A stretch of DNA of 54,619 bases from a virus (lineage: Duplodnaviria > Caudoviricetes): the IMG/VR virus record IMGVR_UViG_3300042317_000583, positions 1 through 54,619 of that record. One strand, given 5' to 3'. The stretch's first letter is position 1; each line of letters opens with the position of its first letter. Positions 9,619 through 16,901 of this stretch are shown here, in pieces. The notes beneath the pieces are model-generated. The model ran no database searches and had not been told where the DNA came from. It worked only from the letters and a program-made list of their open reading frames with translations. The position numbers were made by a program, and so were the translations under genes.

Positions 9619-9968
9619 TACACAGCCCTCCTTGGTGTGACGCGAACCCTAACAATTCCTTCGGCACGCTGCTTGCGAATCTTCGACGTAACTCGGTAGG
9701 GGCGTGCCACGACCCCACCGGGCAGGATGCTCTTGCGACGTGTCAGCGGCAGGACAGAGAACCCGCCATCGCGGTTGCTGTATGCCACGATCCACTTGCG
9801 ACCCCTGCGTTCCTCGTACTCCACGAACGTAAACGGCCCGCGAGCCGCCATACTTACCTTCTTGCGTTCCCCGCCGTCAAGCCGCACGACGTAGTAGGGA
9901 CCGCCCGTCACGCGGAACTGGTCCCCCGGCTCCAGCAGTACCCGCTCGCTCACTCTGTACGATTTCAT
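9618..9968 (-). CDS. Hypothetical protein (MKSYRVSER...)
   Basis: AGGAGG RBS before ATG 9968. Confidence 0.6.
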   Translation of the reverse strand: MKSYRVSERVLLEPGDQFRVTGGPYYVVRLDGGERKKVSMAARGPFTFVEYEERRGRKWIVAYSNRDGGFSVLPLTRRKSILPGGVVARPYRVTSKIRKQRAEGIVRVRVTPRRAV

Positions 9969-10075
9969 TTGCGTTCCTCCTTCTTCTTGTTTCGGCTTTC
10001 TGCCGCGGCCTTGGCTTTCTTCGCCCACCGCTCCCGCATCCACATGCGGTATCGCTCCTGCTTGATTCCTTTCAT
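9965..10075 (-). CDS. 36-aa basic peptide not in the ORF track
   Basis: MKGIKQERYRMWMRERWAKKAKAAAESRNKKKEERK; ATGA overlaps at both ends; GGAGG upstream. Confidence 0.6.
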   Translation of the reverse strand: MKGIKQERYRMWMRERWAKKAKAAAESRNKKKEERK

Positions 10076-10539
10076 GCACCCCTCCATGCCGGCTTGGGGG
10101 AGGGGATCGCCATGGCGTAAACGTCGTCCCACGTCAGCGTCCTCGCGAACTCGCTACCCTTCTCCGCAAGTGCCGCGACGAACTCGGCCCGCTCCGGCAG
10201 GGGCTCAAAGCGTCCCTCCGCAATCAGCGTCTTGAGGCTGTACGCATTTGTCTGAATGCCGTACTGGACGGACTCCCCAGCCGGGAGCTCGGTCTTGCTG
10301 AAGTTCACGCCGCCGAACCCGCTATACAACGCCCCCTCGACCCGCGTGGCGTCCACCGACGCCAGCAGCCAGTACGGCATCGGGCAGGTGTACCCCCCGA
10401 CGAACATGACCGTCATCTCGTACTTGCCCGGGACGAGCCGCAGTATCTCGTAGTCCGCGGCGTAGTAGGACGGGCAGTGCTGAAACTCCTTGGGCTCCGT
10501 GACGACGTAGTGGCCGATAATGATTCTTGGTTCTGACAT
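10072..10539 (-). CDS. Hypothetical protein (MSEPRIIIG...)
   Basis: AAGGA RBS, CA-rich leader. Confidence 0.65.
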   Translation of the reverse strand: MSEPRIIIGHYVVTEPKEFQHCPSYYAADYEILRLVPGKYEMTVMFVGGYTCPMPYWLLASVDATRVEGALYSGFGGVNFSKTELPAGESVQYGIQTNAYSLKTLIAEGRFEPLPERAEFVAALAEKGSEFARTLTWDDVYAMAIPSPKPAWRGA

Positions 10540-10595
10540 GACTGGTTCCTTGTGACTGATGGTGATGGTGATTGGTAAGCAAACAATTAGTCCGA

Positions 10596-10805
10596 CTACA
10601 GAAGCCACTCGACATCCACGCCGGCGATCAGGAGCCGCTCCAGCACGAACTGATACCAGACCCGCTCCTTCGTGCTGACGCCGTGGCCCGACTCCCGGCA
10701 ATCCTGAAAGCCCCGCTCCAGCCAGTCCTTCTTGGCGAGAAGTTGCTCGACGGTCATCTCGGCGATTTCCTGCATAGGGGCGGGGAGTGCTTTGTTGTTT
10801 TCCAC
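10596..10805 (-). CDS. Hypothetical protein, first gene of promoter cassette 1
   Basis: GAGGACAAG before GTG 10805. Confidence 0.6.
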   Translation of the reverse strand: MENNKALPAPMQEIAEMTVEQLLAKKDWLERGFQDCRESGHGVSTKERVWYQFVLERLLIAGVDVEWLL

Positions 10806-10823
10806 GTTCTTGTCCTCGTAAAA

Positions 10824-10911
10824 GTGTTCGCGGCGGGCACCACGCCAACCGCATGACCCTAGTATACCGACATCGGAATACTCTGTCAAGGGGCAGGAGA
10901 AAAAATTATTT
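10824..10911 (-). promoter_or_regulatory. Repeated early promoter/operator/leader cassette, copy 1
   Basis: AT-rich UP element, TTGACA (10884-10889), 17 bp, TATACT (10861-10866); palindrome in the spacer; leader hairpin. Confidence 0.9.
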
Positions 10912-11733
10912 GCTGCTCGTCCAGACGCACTCGGCTGCTGTCTTGTCGTTGCGGAATCGGACGGCGTTCGGGTGCCGCATGGAGCCGGATTCGAACACCT
11001 GAAATCCCTTGACCTCCAGCACTTGACCGACGTAGAGCGACGGCTCCGCCCAGATGGCTTCCCGCATCGCGTCGGTCCAGCCGCCGCCGACCCGCACCTT
11101 CTCGGTCAGCGTGCCGCGGACGTACATGCCGCAGACCACTGCACCGGCGCGGCCGGCGTGCTTGCCCTCGCCCTCGACCACGCTCATGACGACGTAGTCC
11201 ATCGTGAACTGCTTCTTCACGCGGCCGATGATCGCGGAGGAGTAGGCGTCCGTAGACCTGCGGAATACGAGCCCCTCGGCTCCGTCTCGCTCCACGTACT
11301 CGTCCCACAGCTTCCGAGCCGCCCCGGCTGGCTCCGACCGCGTAGCGACGAGCCATTCAACGCCAGATGCAGCGATGGCCCCCGCGGCCATCCGCCACTC
11401 GTACTGCTCGCTCTCCGCGATGTTCGTGCCTTCGATCTCCAGCACGTCAAACACCCGGACGACTCCGCAGTTGCCGCTGTCGGCCCCGCTCGTAGCCCGC
11501 TGCGTGCCGATGAGGTACTCGCCGACCAGCACCATGTCCACGGTGCCCTGCGGCACTGGCTTCGTGTGCTTGAGCATGCCCTGCCGCGAGTAAATGCTGG
11601 CGGTGCCGTCCTTGATGACGACCCGAGCCCACCAGCCGTCGTACTTCGGCTGCACAAGGTCAAAGCCGGCCTTCATGGCATCGGCCACGGTGGCAAAGTT
11701 CTGGTACTTCTGGATTCGCTTCTCGTAGTTCAT
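10906..11733 (-). CDS. Small ATP-dependent DNA ligase
   Basis: QPKYDG (motif I), LVGE, VFDVL, EGLVFR, RVK, VGGG, RHP..RFRNDK. Confidence 0.9.
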   Translation of the reverse strand: MNYEKRIQKYQNFATVADAMKAGFDLVQPKYDGWWARVVIKDGTASIYSRQGMLKHTKPVPQGTVDMVLVGEYLIGTQRATSGADSGNCGVVRVFDVLEIEGTNIAESEQYEWRMAAGAIAASGVEWLVATRSEPAGAARKLWDEYVERDGAEGLVFRRSTDAYSSAIIGRVKKQFTMDYVVMSVVEGEGKHAGRAGAVVCGMYVRGTLTEKVRVGGGWTDAMREAIWAEPSLYVGQVLEVKGFQVFESGSMRHPNAVRFRNDKTAAECVWTSSK

Positions 11734-11774
11734 CGTCTTGTCCTCGGTTGGTGATTGTGGGTGATCCATAACAA

Positions 11775-12137
11775 TTAGCGAGCGTTGACCTTGCGGGCCT
11801 TCTTGCGGGTGTTCTTGATCCACAGCAGGAGCCCTTCCATGGTGCGGATGACGTTGTTCGACTCGACCTCAAACTCGCCCTCAAGGTAGGGGCTGTCCTG
11901 ATACAGGGCGGAGGCACCGACGATCTGGAGGTTCTTGCTGACCAGATCAAGCTCAACGTGGGCCCCGTCGTGAAACGCGATGACGACCACGGTGTCGCTG
12001 CTCAGCGATACGGGCTGCGTGTAGACCACCCAGTCCGTGTGCCGCTTCAGCCATGCGACGAGCGGCTGCTCGACCCGGCACTCCAGACCCTTGCACATGT
12101 CTTTGATGCTCGTCTTGGCGGCTTCAGTCTTGCTCAT
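11775..12137 (-). CDS. Hypothetical protein, first gene of cassette 2
   Basis: AAGGA RBS directly downstream of the promoter. Confidence 0.7.
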   Translation of the reverse strand: MSKTEAAKTSIKDMCKGLECRVEQPLVAWLKRHTDWVVYTQPVSLSSDTVVVIAFHDGAHVELDLVSKNLQIVGASALYQDSPYLEGEFEVESNNVIRTMEGLLLWIKNTRKKARKVNAR

Positions 12138-12156
12138 TGTTTGTTCCTTGTTGCAG

Positions 12157-12240
12157 TGTTCGCGGCCGCACCGGCGACCGCATGACCCTAGTATACCGCT
12201 ATCGGAATACTAGGTCAAGGGGGGGGAGAAAAAATTATTT
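12157..12240 (-). promoter_or_regulatory. Repeated early promoter/operator/leader cassette, copy 2
   Basis: TTGACC (12213-12218), 17 bp, TATACT (12190-12195). Confidence 0.9.
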
Positions 12241-12262
12241 GGTGAGCCATTCGCCCAGTGAG

Positions 12263-12451
12263 TCAGCCGGGCATCCGTCGCTGCAAGTCTTCCAGCCTGC
12301 CGATGATCGTCGCCAATCGCCGCGTCAGCCGTGCGTCAAGCTTCTCGTCTTCCATCACGGTCAGGCACTCGATGAGCCTTGACTTCGCGGGGCGGAGCGA
12401 CTCTTTCACCTCGGCCAACCTCCGCAGCTTGTTTCCGTTTTTCGTTGCCAT
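12263..12451 (-). CDS. Small basic hypothetical protein
   Basis: GAGGAAAG RBS. Confidence 0.6.
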   Translation of the reverse strand: MATKNGNKLRRLAEVKESLRPAKSRLIECLTVMEDEKLDARLTRRLATIIGRLEDLQRRMPG

Positions 12452-12478
12452 CGTTCTTTCCTCGTTAGTTGGTTAGTG

Positions 12479-12805
12479 TCACTCGTCAATCCACGCGGCC
12501 CACGCGGCCACGCAGTCGTATCGCACGCCGCCGCGTACCGGCGACCGGTCGCGGCCCGTCGTCGTCCAGCCGTCGTCGCCGCCTGCACGCGGCTGGTAGT
12601 AGCCAGCCGCGATCAGCACGTCGATAGCGGTGCGTGCCATCGCCCGATCCTTCTCCCGCTCGGCGTAGTCCAGCACGTCGGACAGTGCGTCTGCCATGTC
12701 GTAGTCGTACTCTCGGTCGCCGTCCATGAAGTAGTCAAGCTCGTCGCGGAGCCGCTGCGTGGCGTGCTGCTCAATCGCTGCGGTCACTCGTTCGCGGTTG
12801 GTCAT
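12479..12805 (-). CDS. Hypothetical acidic protein (MTNRERV...)
   Basis: AGGAGG RBS, ATGA overlap. Confidence 0.65.
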   Translation of the reverse strand: MTNRERVTAAIEQHATQRLRDELDYFMDGDREYDYDMADALSDVLDYAEREKDRAMARTAIDVLIAAGYYQPRAGGDDGWTTTGRDRSPVRGGVRYDCVAAWAAWIDE

Positions 12806-13056
12806 CGTGCGGCCCTCCTGCTGCACTCGTCGCAATCGCACGGCACCGCCCACTTGACTGCTTTGGCGAGGTCGGCCACTGAATACTCGTGGCATGCGTG
12901 CGAGTCAGCCAGCGTGCATTTCAACCCGGGCTTGAGGTACGCCCACAGCCCGTTCCCGTCCTCGGGGGCTTCGCCCGGTCGTCGCTCGTCACGGAAGTCA
13001 ATCACGCGGCCCGTCGCCAGCATCCGGGCTACCGTTTGTTGTTCTCGCTTGGTCAT
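12802..13056 (-). CDS. Small Cys/His-containing protein
   Basis: GGGACAAG RBS; H.CHE...PCDCDEC. Confidence 0.65.
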   Translation of the reverse strand: MTKREQQTVARMLATGRVIDFRDERRPGEAPEDGNGLWAYLKPGLKCTLADSHACHEYSVADLAKAVKWAVPCDCDECSRRAAR

Positions 13057-13123
13057 CGTGCTTGTCCCTTGTGTCTTGTGGTTCCGAGCCCCGCCGCACT
13101 GTGCGGCGGGGCGTGATCGCGTC

Positions 13124-13288
13124 TCAGCCGCCGGCGTTCCGCGGGCAGCTCCAGTTGATGTTCTCCCTGATCCACCGCTGCATCGCTCCGACCGAGTAAA
13201 ACCGGGGAGCGTCCTTGCAATTGTCGATGAAGTAAACCCCGTCGCACTCGGTGTAGCGGACGCCGTTGTAGTTGCCAGTGCTTGTCAT
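13124..13288 (-). CDS. Small hypothetical protein, first gene of cassette 3
   Basis: AGGACAAG before ATG 13288. Confidence 0.6.
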   Translation of the reverse strand: MTSTGNYNGVRYTECDGVYFIDNCKDAPRFYSVGAMQRWIRENINWSCPRNAGG

Positions 13289-13308
13289 CTGCTTGTCCTT
13301 TTGTAGAA

Positions 13309-13393
13309 GTGTTGCCGGCCGCACCAGCGACCGACTGACCCTAGTATACCGATATCGGAATACTCTGTCAAGGGGGCACAGAAAAAATATTTT
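13309..13393 (-). promoter_or_regulatory. Repeated early promoter/operator/leader cassette, copy 3
   Basis: TTGACA (13366-13371), 17 bp, TATACT (13343-13348); AGTATACCGATATCGGAATACT palindrome. Confidence 0.9.
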
Positions 13394-13412
13394 CAGGTGT
13401 CCGCGTGCGCGG

Positions 13413-13583
13413 CTAGTGGTGCTGCCACATGTCTCGGTGCATGCCGCTGATAAGTGCACCAGCCAGTGCCCAGTCAAGCGACTCCACGCACCCCGAGCCA
13501 GACTCGCCGTCCAGCACGGCAGCACACAAGCAGCCGTAGTGCATCACCCCGACGTAGATGCGCCCGGTCTGAATGAGGCTCAT
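13413..13583 (-). CDS. Possible small protein (MSLIQTG...)
   Basis: ATGA overlap with the upstream HTH gene. Confidence 0.35.
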   Translation of the reverse strand: MSLIQTGRIYVGVMHYGCLCAAVLDGESGSGCVESLDWALAGALISGMHRDMWQHH

Positions 13584-13822
13584 TTCGTCTTCCGTCGCTT
13601 GGGCTCGGAGTCGCGAGGCCTGCCCATAGAAGGATGCCGCTTGAACTGAGCGGCAGCGACCCCGTCGACGAGCCAGTTCCGGCCGATGCGTCGGCCCGGG
13701 ACGAGCCCCGTCTGCACAAGGTGTCTCATCCAGCGATCGGACACGTCCGCCAGCGCAGCCGCCTCCGGGAGAGGGATTGCGTTGTCCAGACTGAAGTCGT
13801 TGTCTTTCTTCTTTTCTGCCAT
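13580..13822 (-). CDS. Excisionase-like (HTH_17) DNA-binding protein with a GRPR AT-hook
   Basis: LPEAAALADVSDRWMRHLVQTGLVPGRRIGRNWLV; GRPR. Confidence 0.8.
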   Translation of the reverse strand: MAEKKKDNDFSLDNAIPLPEAAALADVSDRWMRHLVQTGLVPGRRIGRNWLVDGVAAAQFKRHPSMGRPRDSEPKRRKTK

Positions 13823-13828
13823 GGTCAT

Positions 13829-13857
13829 AGTATACCGCCTTACGGATAATGCTCCAA
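13829..13857 (-). promoter_or_regulatory. Putative leaderless promoter of the HTH gene, with a degenerate operator
   Basis: TTGGAG-17-TATACT, 6 nt before ATG 13822; shares AGTATACCG with the cassette palindrome. Confidence 0.55.
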
Positions 13858-13886
13858 CACCTCCCACGCACGCGCAATGGGCTCAA

Positions 13887-14108
13887 ATGACGATCACCAC
13901 CTACCACTGTCCTAAATGCTCTGCCGCACTGGAGTCGGCGGGGGAGGTCGTCGTTGACGGCTCCCCGCTGCCGGTGTTCCAGTGCGACACATGCACCGTG
14001 ACTCGCTCGGTGTTCGGCCCGGGGTCAAAGGAGTACCGGATGTCGTTTACGTTCGCCGTAAACGCTGCCGGCCAGCCTGTTGACCCCGGGGACGACACCC
14101 TCATCTAA
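13887..14108 (+). CDS. Small zinc-ribbon protein, divergent from the HTH gene
   Basis: CPKC...CDTC; fills the gap and converges on the next gene. Confidence 0.6.
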   Translation: MTITTYHCPKCSAALESAGEVVVDGSPLPVFQCDTCTVTRSVFGPGSKEYRMSFTFAVNAAGQPVDPGDDTLI

Positions 14109-14338
14109 ACGTCTCCCAGCCAGCCCGGGTGAACCCGGAAGTCGGGTCCGTCGTACTCGTCGTACTCGTCGTACTCGTCGTCCGGCTCCCCGCAGTCGTC
14201 GTCCGGCTCGCCGTCCTTGAGCAGCGAGCTCGCGTGCTCCAGAGCGTCGTCGTACGCCGCGTCGAGTTGCTTGATCTCAGCCATCAACTCGCCCATTGCT
14301 TCTGCCGACAGGTTCTCCTGAAACTTCAGCCTTGCCAT
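14105..14338 (-). CDS. Small, highly acidic protein
   Basis: EPDDDCGEPDDEYDEYDEYDGPD; starts immediately after the GATase stop. Confidence 0.7.
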   Translation of the reverse strand: MARLKFQENLSAEAMGELMAEIKQLDAAYDDALEHASSLLKDGEPDDDCGEPDDEYDEYDEYDGPDFRVHPGWLGDV

Positions 14339-14977
14339 TCAGTCCTCCGCGATCTCAAGGTTGCGTCCCTCCCGCACCGGGGTCACGCGCCCCGGCAGTC
14401 CGTACGGCAGGCTCGCCAGATAAAACGACTCCTTCGTCTCGCCCATGTGCAGCGGTTGCCCGTTCTCTCGGGCCGCTATAAGCCGATCTGGCCACAGTGC
14501 CAGCATCACGAAGGGAGAGACGCCCTTCGCCTCGTCCACGGCCCTACGGAAGCGGTGATGCGGCTCTCCGTTAAACTCCCGCAGCATGAGCCCCAGCACC
14601 TCGCTATCGCAGTCCGTGCTTGCCGTCAGGCGGTGCCGGTCGAGCAGGGATCGGTAATGGCCGATGACTCCGTTGTGCACCACCCATGCGTCTCCGCCGT
14701 CGTGCGGGTGGTTGTTGAGGTTGTTCGCCGGGTCGCCGTGAGTCGCATACCGGCAGTGCCCGATGAGCAGCCTCGCGTCCTTCGCCATGGCGAGCAGTCC
14801 GAGCGAGTCGGTGATTGCACCGCTCTGCTTGAATGACCGCATCCGCCCCCGGGCGTCCACCCATGCCAGCCCCCATGCGTGCGGCCCACGCATCTCAGTC
14901 GTCCTTGCCAGCATCTTCAGGATGCCGAGGTTGACCGGCTCGTCGTTCTTCGCAGCGAATCCAAAAACTCCGCACAT
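14339..14977 (-). CDS. Class II (Ntn) glutamine amidotransferase
   Basis: MCGVFG, RGPHAWG, GHCRYATHG, HPH, HNGVI, DSE. Confidence 0.92.
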   Translation of the reverse strand: MCGVFGFAAKNDEPVNLGILKMLARTTEMRGPHAWGLAWVDARGRMRSFKQSGAITDSLGLLAMAKDARLLIGHCRYATHGDPANNLNNHPHDGGDAWVVHNGVIGHYRSLLDRHRLTASTDCDSEVLGLMLREFNGEPHHRFRRAVDEAKGVSPFVMLALWPDRLIAARENGQPLHMGETKESFYLASLPYGLPGRVTPVREGRNLEIAED

Positions 14978-15009
14978 CGTCGTTCTCCTTGTTGTGTCTG
15001 TTGTTCCGG

Positions 15010-15034
15010 CCCTCCCGGCACCATGCCGGGAGGG
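15010..15034. promoter_or_regulatory. Perfect intergenic hairpin
   Basis: CCCTCCCGGCA-CCA-TGCCGGGAGGG; a similar hairpin lies at 13088-13112. Confidence 0.55.
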
Positions 15035-15052
15035 TGATTCGTACCCTAACAA

Positions 15053-15892
15053 TCAGGCCTGAGCGTCGTACTGAACTGCCAGCCGGCGGAGCGTCTTGAC
15101 CACCTTCTTGATGACTTCCTGACGGTCAGTGCAGCTAACACGCAGCATCCCGGTGCCGACTGCGACTCGCCCGATCCAGCCCAGCCGGCGGAACAGCCGC
15201 TCAAGCTCAACCTGACCCTCGTTGGCCTGCGTGCAGTTGACCCGCTGGTTCCAGTTGACGCGGCGACCGGTGGTGGCCTGATCGTATGCCTTCTCAACCA
15301 GTCCGAGGCAGATGCCGATGGCTCCGAGCACCTTGTCGATGTTGAGCGTGCCTGCGAAAGCCCGGAACTCGACGGTCGGCTTGGTGGTGGCGAGGTTCAG
15401 GACGTGGTAGCGGTCGCGGCTGGCACGGCGGACGGCAGCGGTGTTGCCGCCGTAGTGCTTGATCGGCTTGGAGTAGGTGCCACGCTCGCGGCTCTTGGTG
15501 CCAGTCGAGGCGTAGATGGCCTTCTCATGGTTGGCGATCAGTGCGACGAGGTGCTGGAGGATGTTGTAGTTGTTCTTGTCGAACCCGACGTGAACGTGCA
15601 GGCCGCAGGTGACGTTCACCACGCCGCCCCGCTGCTTGATGGCGGCGACGACAGCCACCACCTGATCAAACCCGCTCTCGCCGCGGAGCAGCAGGTCGCC
15701 GCTCGGGCTGATGATCTCCACGCCCCGCATGCCGGCCGGAGCCGCGGTCAGCGAGCCATCGGGCTTGACCATCCAGCCGGCGGGTAGCCAGAGGTTTCCG
15801 CCTGACGGGTTGCCCCAGCTACCGACAACGACGTTGCCGACTGGCATGTAGCACTCGATCTCAACGCCGAAGGTCATTTCATGAGCTTTCAT
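15053..15892 (-). CDS. Putative amidoligase (COOH-NH2 ligase, Amidoligase_2 family)
   Basis: TFGVEIE, DGSL, EIISP, CGLHVHVG, RY..LNL, TVEFR. Confidence 0.88.
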   Translation of the reverse strand: MKAHEMTFGVEIECYMPVGNVVVGSWGNPSGGNLWLPAGWMVKPDGSLTAAPAGMRGVEIISPSGDLLLRGESGFDQVVAVVAAIKQRGGVVNVTCGLHVHVGFDKNNYNILQHLVALIANHEKAIYASTGTKSRERGTYSKPIKHYGGNTAAVRRASRDRYHVLNLATTKPTVEFRAFAGTLNIDKVLGAIGICLGLVEKAYDQATTGRRVNWNQRVNCTQANEGQVELERLFRRLGWIGRVAVGTGMLRVSCTDRQEVIKKVVKTLRRLAVQYDAQA

Positions 15893-15911
15893 CTTCTTGT
15901 CCTCTTGAAGG

Positions 15912-15997
15912 TTTCGCGGCGACCGACGCGGCCGCCACATGCCACTAGTATACCGACATCGGAATACTCGTCAAGGGGAGAGCAGAAAAAATATTTC
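15912..15997 (-). promoter_or_regulatory. Repeated early promoter/operator/leader cassette, copy 4
   Basis: TTGACG (15969-15974), 16 bp, TATACT (15947-15952). Confidence 0.88.
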
Positions 15998-16065
15998 TTG
16001 TGCGGAAATAGCCGCGAAACAGCAAAGTCGTCCTGAATGGACACTTTGGAGCGTGAGAAAAACGC

Positions 16066-16473
16066 CTACAGAGAGGCTCGCGGGCGACCCATTTTGGGAC
16101 GCCGGCCCCGCTTCATGTAGCGAGCCACGCTGGACTCGTACACCATCCAGCCGTTGCCCCACTTCTCGCCAAGCAGCCCGCCGCGGCGCAGAAGGTGCGT
16201 AACGTGTGCCTCCCGGACGCCCAGCCGCGAAGCGGCCGACGCCACGCTGACCACGGCCGCGCGGGGCTGAGGTCGAGCCGCGTCGTTTGATGCCTGTTTT
16301 CGTGGCCCGCCAGAGTTCTGCCACTCAAGCAGGCTCTTGCGGTCAATCATCCAGAACCGGAGCCACCGCCGGCCGGTCAGGTGCCCTCGCTTCAGCAGCC
16401 ATGAAACGTGCTTAGGCTCGCAGCCCAGCCGCCCAGCCGCCTCGCTTGTCGTGCAGTACCCGGTTGTCCTCAT
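16066..16473 (-). CDS. Tandem double HTH_17 DNA-binding protein with a GRPR AT-hook
   Basis: Two repeats of AA.RLG....V..LL.RG.L.G..W...WM; TACAAT 6 nt upstream suggests a leaderless mRNA. Confidence 0.75.
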   Translation of the reverse strand: MRTTGYCTTSEAAGRLGCEPKHVSWLLKRGHLTGRRWLRFWMIDRKSLLEWQNSGGPRKQASNDAARPQPRAAVVSVASAASRLGVREAHVTHLLRRGGLLGEKWGNGWMVYESSVARYMKRGRRPKMGRPRASL

Positions 16474-16498
16474 GCACCGATTGTAGCGGCTGCACGGA

Positions 16499-16723
16499 TC
16501 ACCCGGCAGACCGAGGGCGTCCAACTCGCTTTTTTCGGGATGCCACTTCGCGCTGATACTGCGCCGCGTCCTTCTCGCAGGCCAGCCGCTCGACCGCCCA
16601 CGCACGCCCGTTGATTTTGAATCCCGGCAGCGTGCCGTCGTTAAGTCGCCTGAGAACCCACACTTGCGTCACGTTCATGATCTTCGCAGCGTCCTGCACG
16701 CTGATCCACGCTCGTTTTTCCAT
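16499..16723 (-). CDS. Excisionase-like HTH_17 protein with a GRPR AT-hook, divergent from the integrase
   Basis: WISVQDAAKIMNVTQVWVLRRLNDGTLPGFKINGRAWAV; AGAGGA RBS. Confidence 0.8.
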   Translation of the reverse strand: MEKRAWISVQDAAKIMNVTQVWVLRRLNDGTLPGFKINGRAWAVERLACEKDAAQYQREVASRKKRVGRPRSAG

Positions 16724-16807
16724 TTGCGTTCCTCTGTCTGCCATGCTAACAATTCCGGTACAGGGATAACCCCCCCCGCCAGCGTGGCGAGAGGGGGCAA
16801 ACCTGAA

Positions 16808-16824
16808 TGGCGGGGACAGGATTC
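16808..16824 (-). other. Candidate attP core resembling the 3' end of a tRNA-Met
   Basis: GAATCCTGTCCCCGCCA matches a T-loop 3' half, T-stem and initiator-type acceptor strand; lies between the xis-like gene and the integrase. Confidence 0.55.
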
Positions 16825-16901
16825 CGCGCCGGGAGGATTGCATACGCACGAAGCGTGTCCTACTTCTGAGGTACACCTCAGAGAAAGTAACTGGATTCGC
16901 T

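Noticed and set aside
10824-15997. CRISPR array or integron attC array
   Set aside because: Repeats are over 1 kb apart, carry consensus promoter boxes, and lack attC core sites; no cas genes seen
10787-16202. Repeated + strand peptide M(T/P)LVYR(H/Y)RNT...RKN as a protein family
   Set aside because: It is only the antisense translation of the repeated promoter cassette
16780-16860. Complete tRNA gene
   Set aside because: Only about 17 nt of a 3' end match; no D-arm, anticodon arm or GTTC
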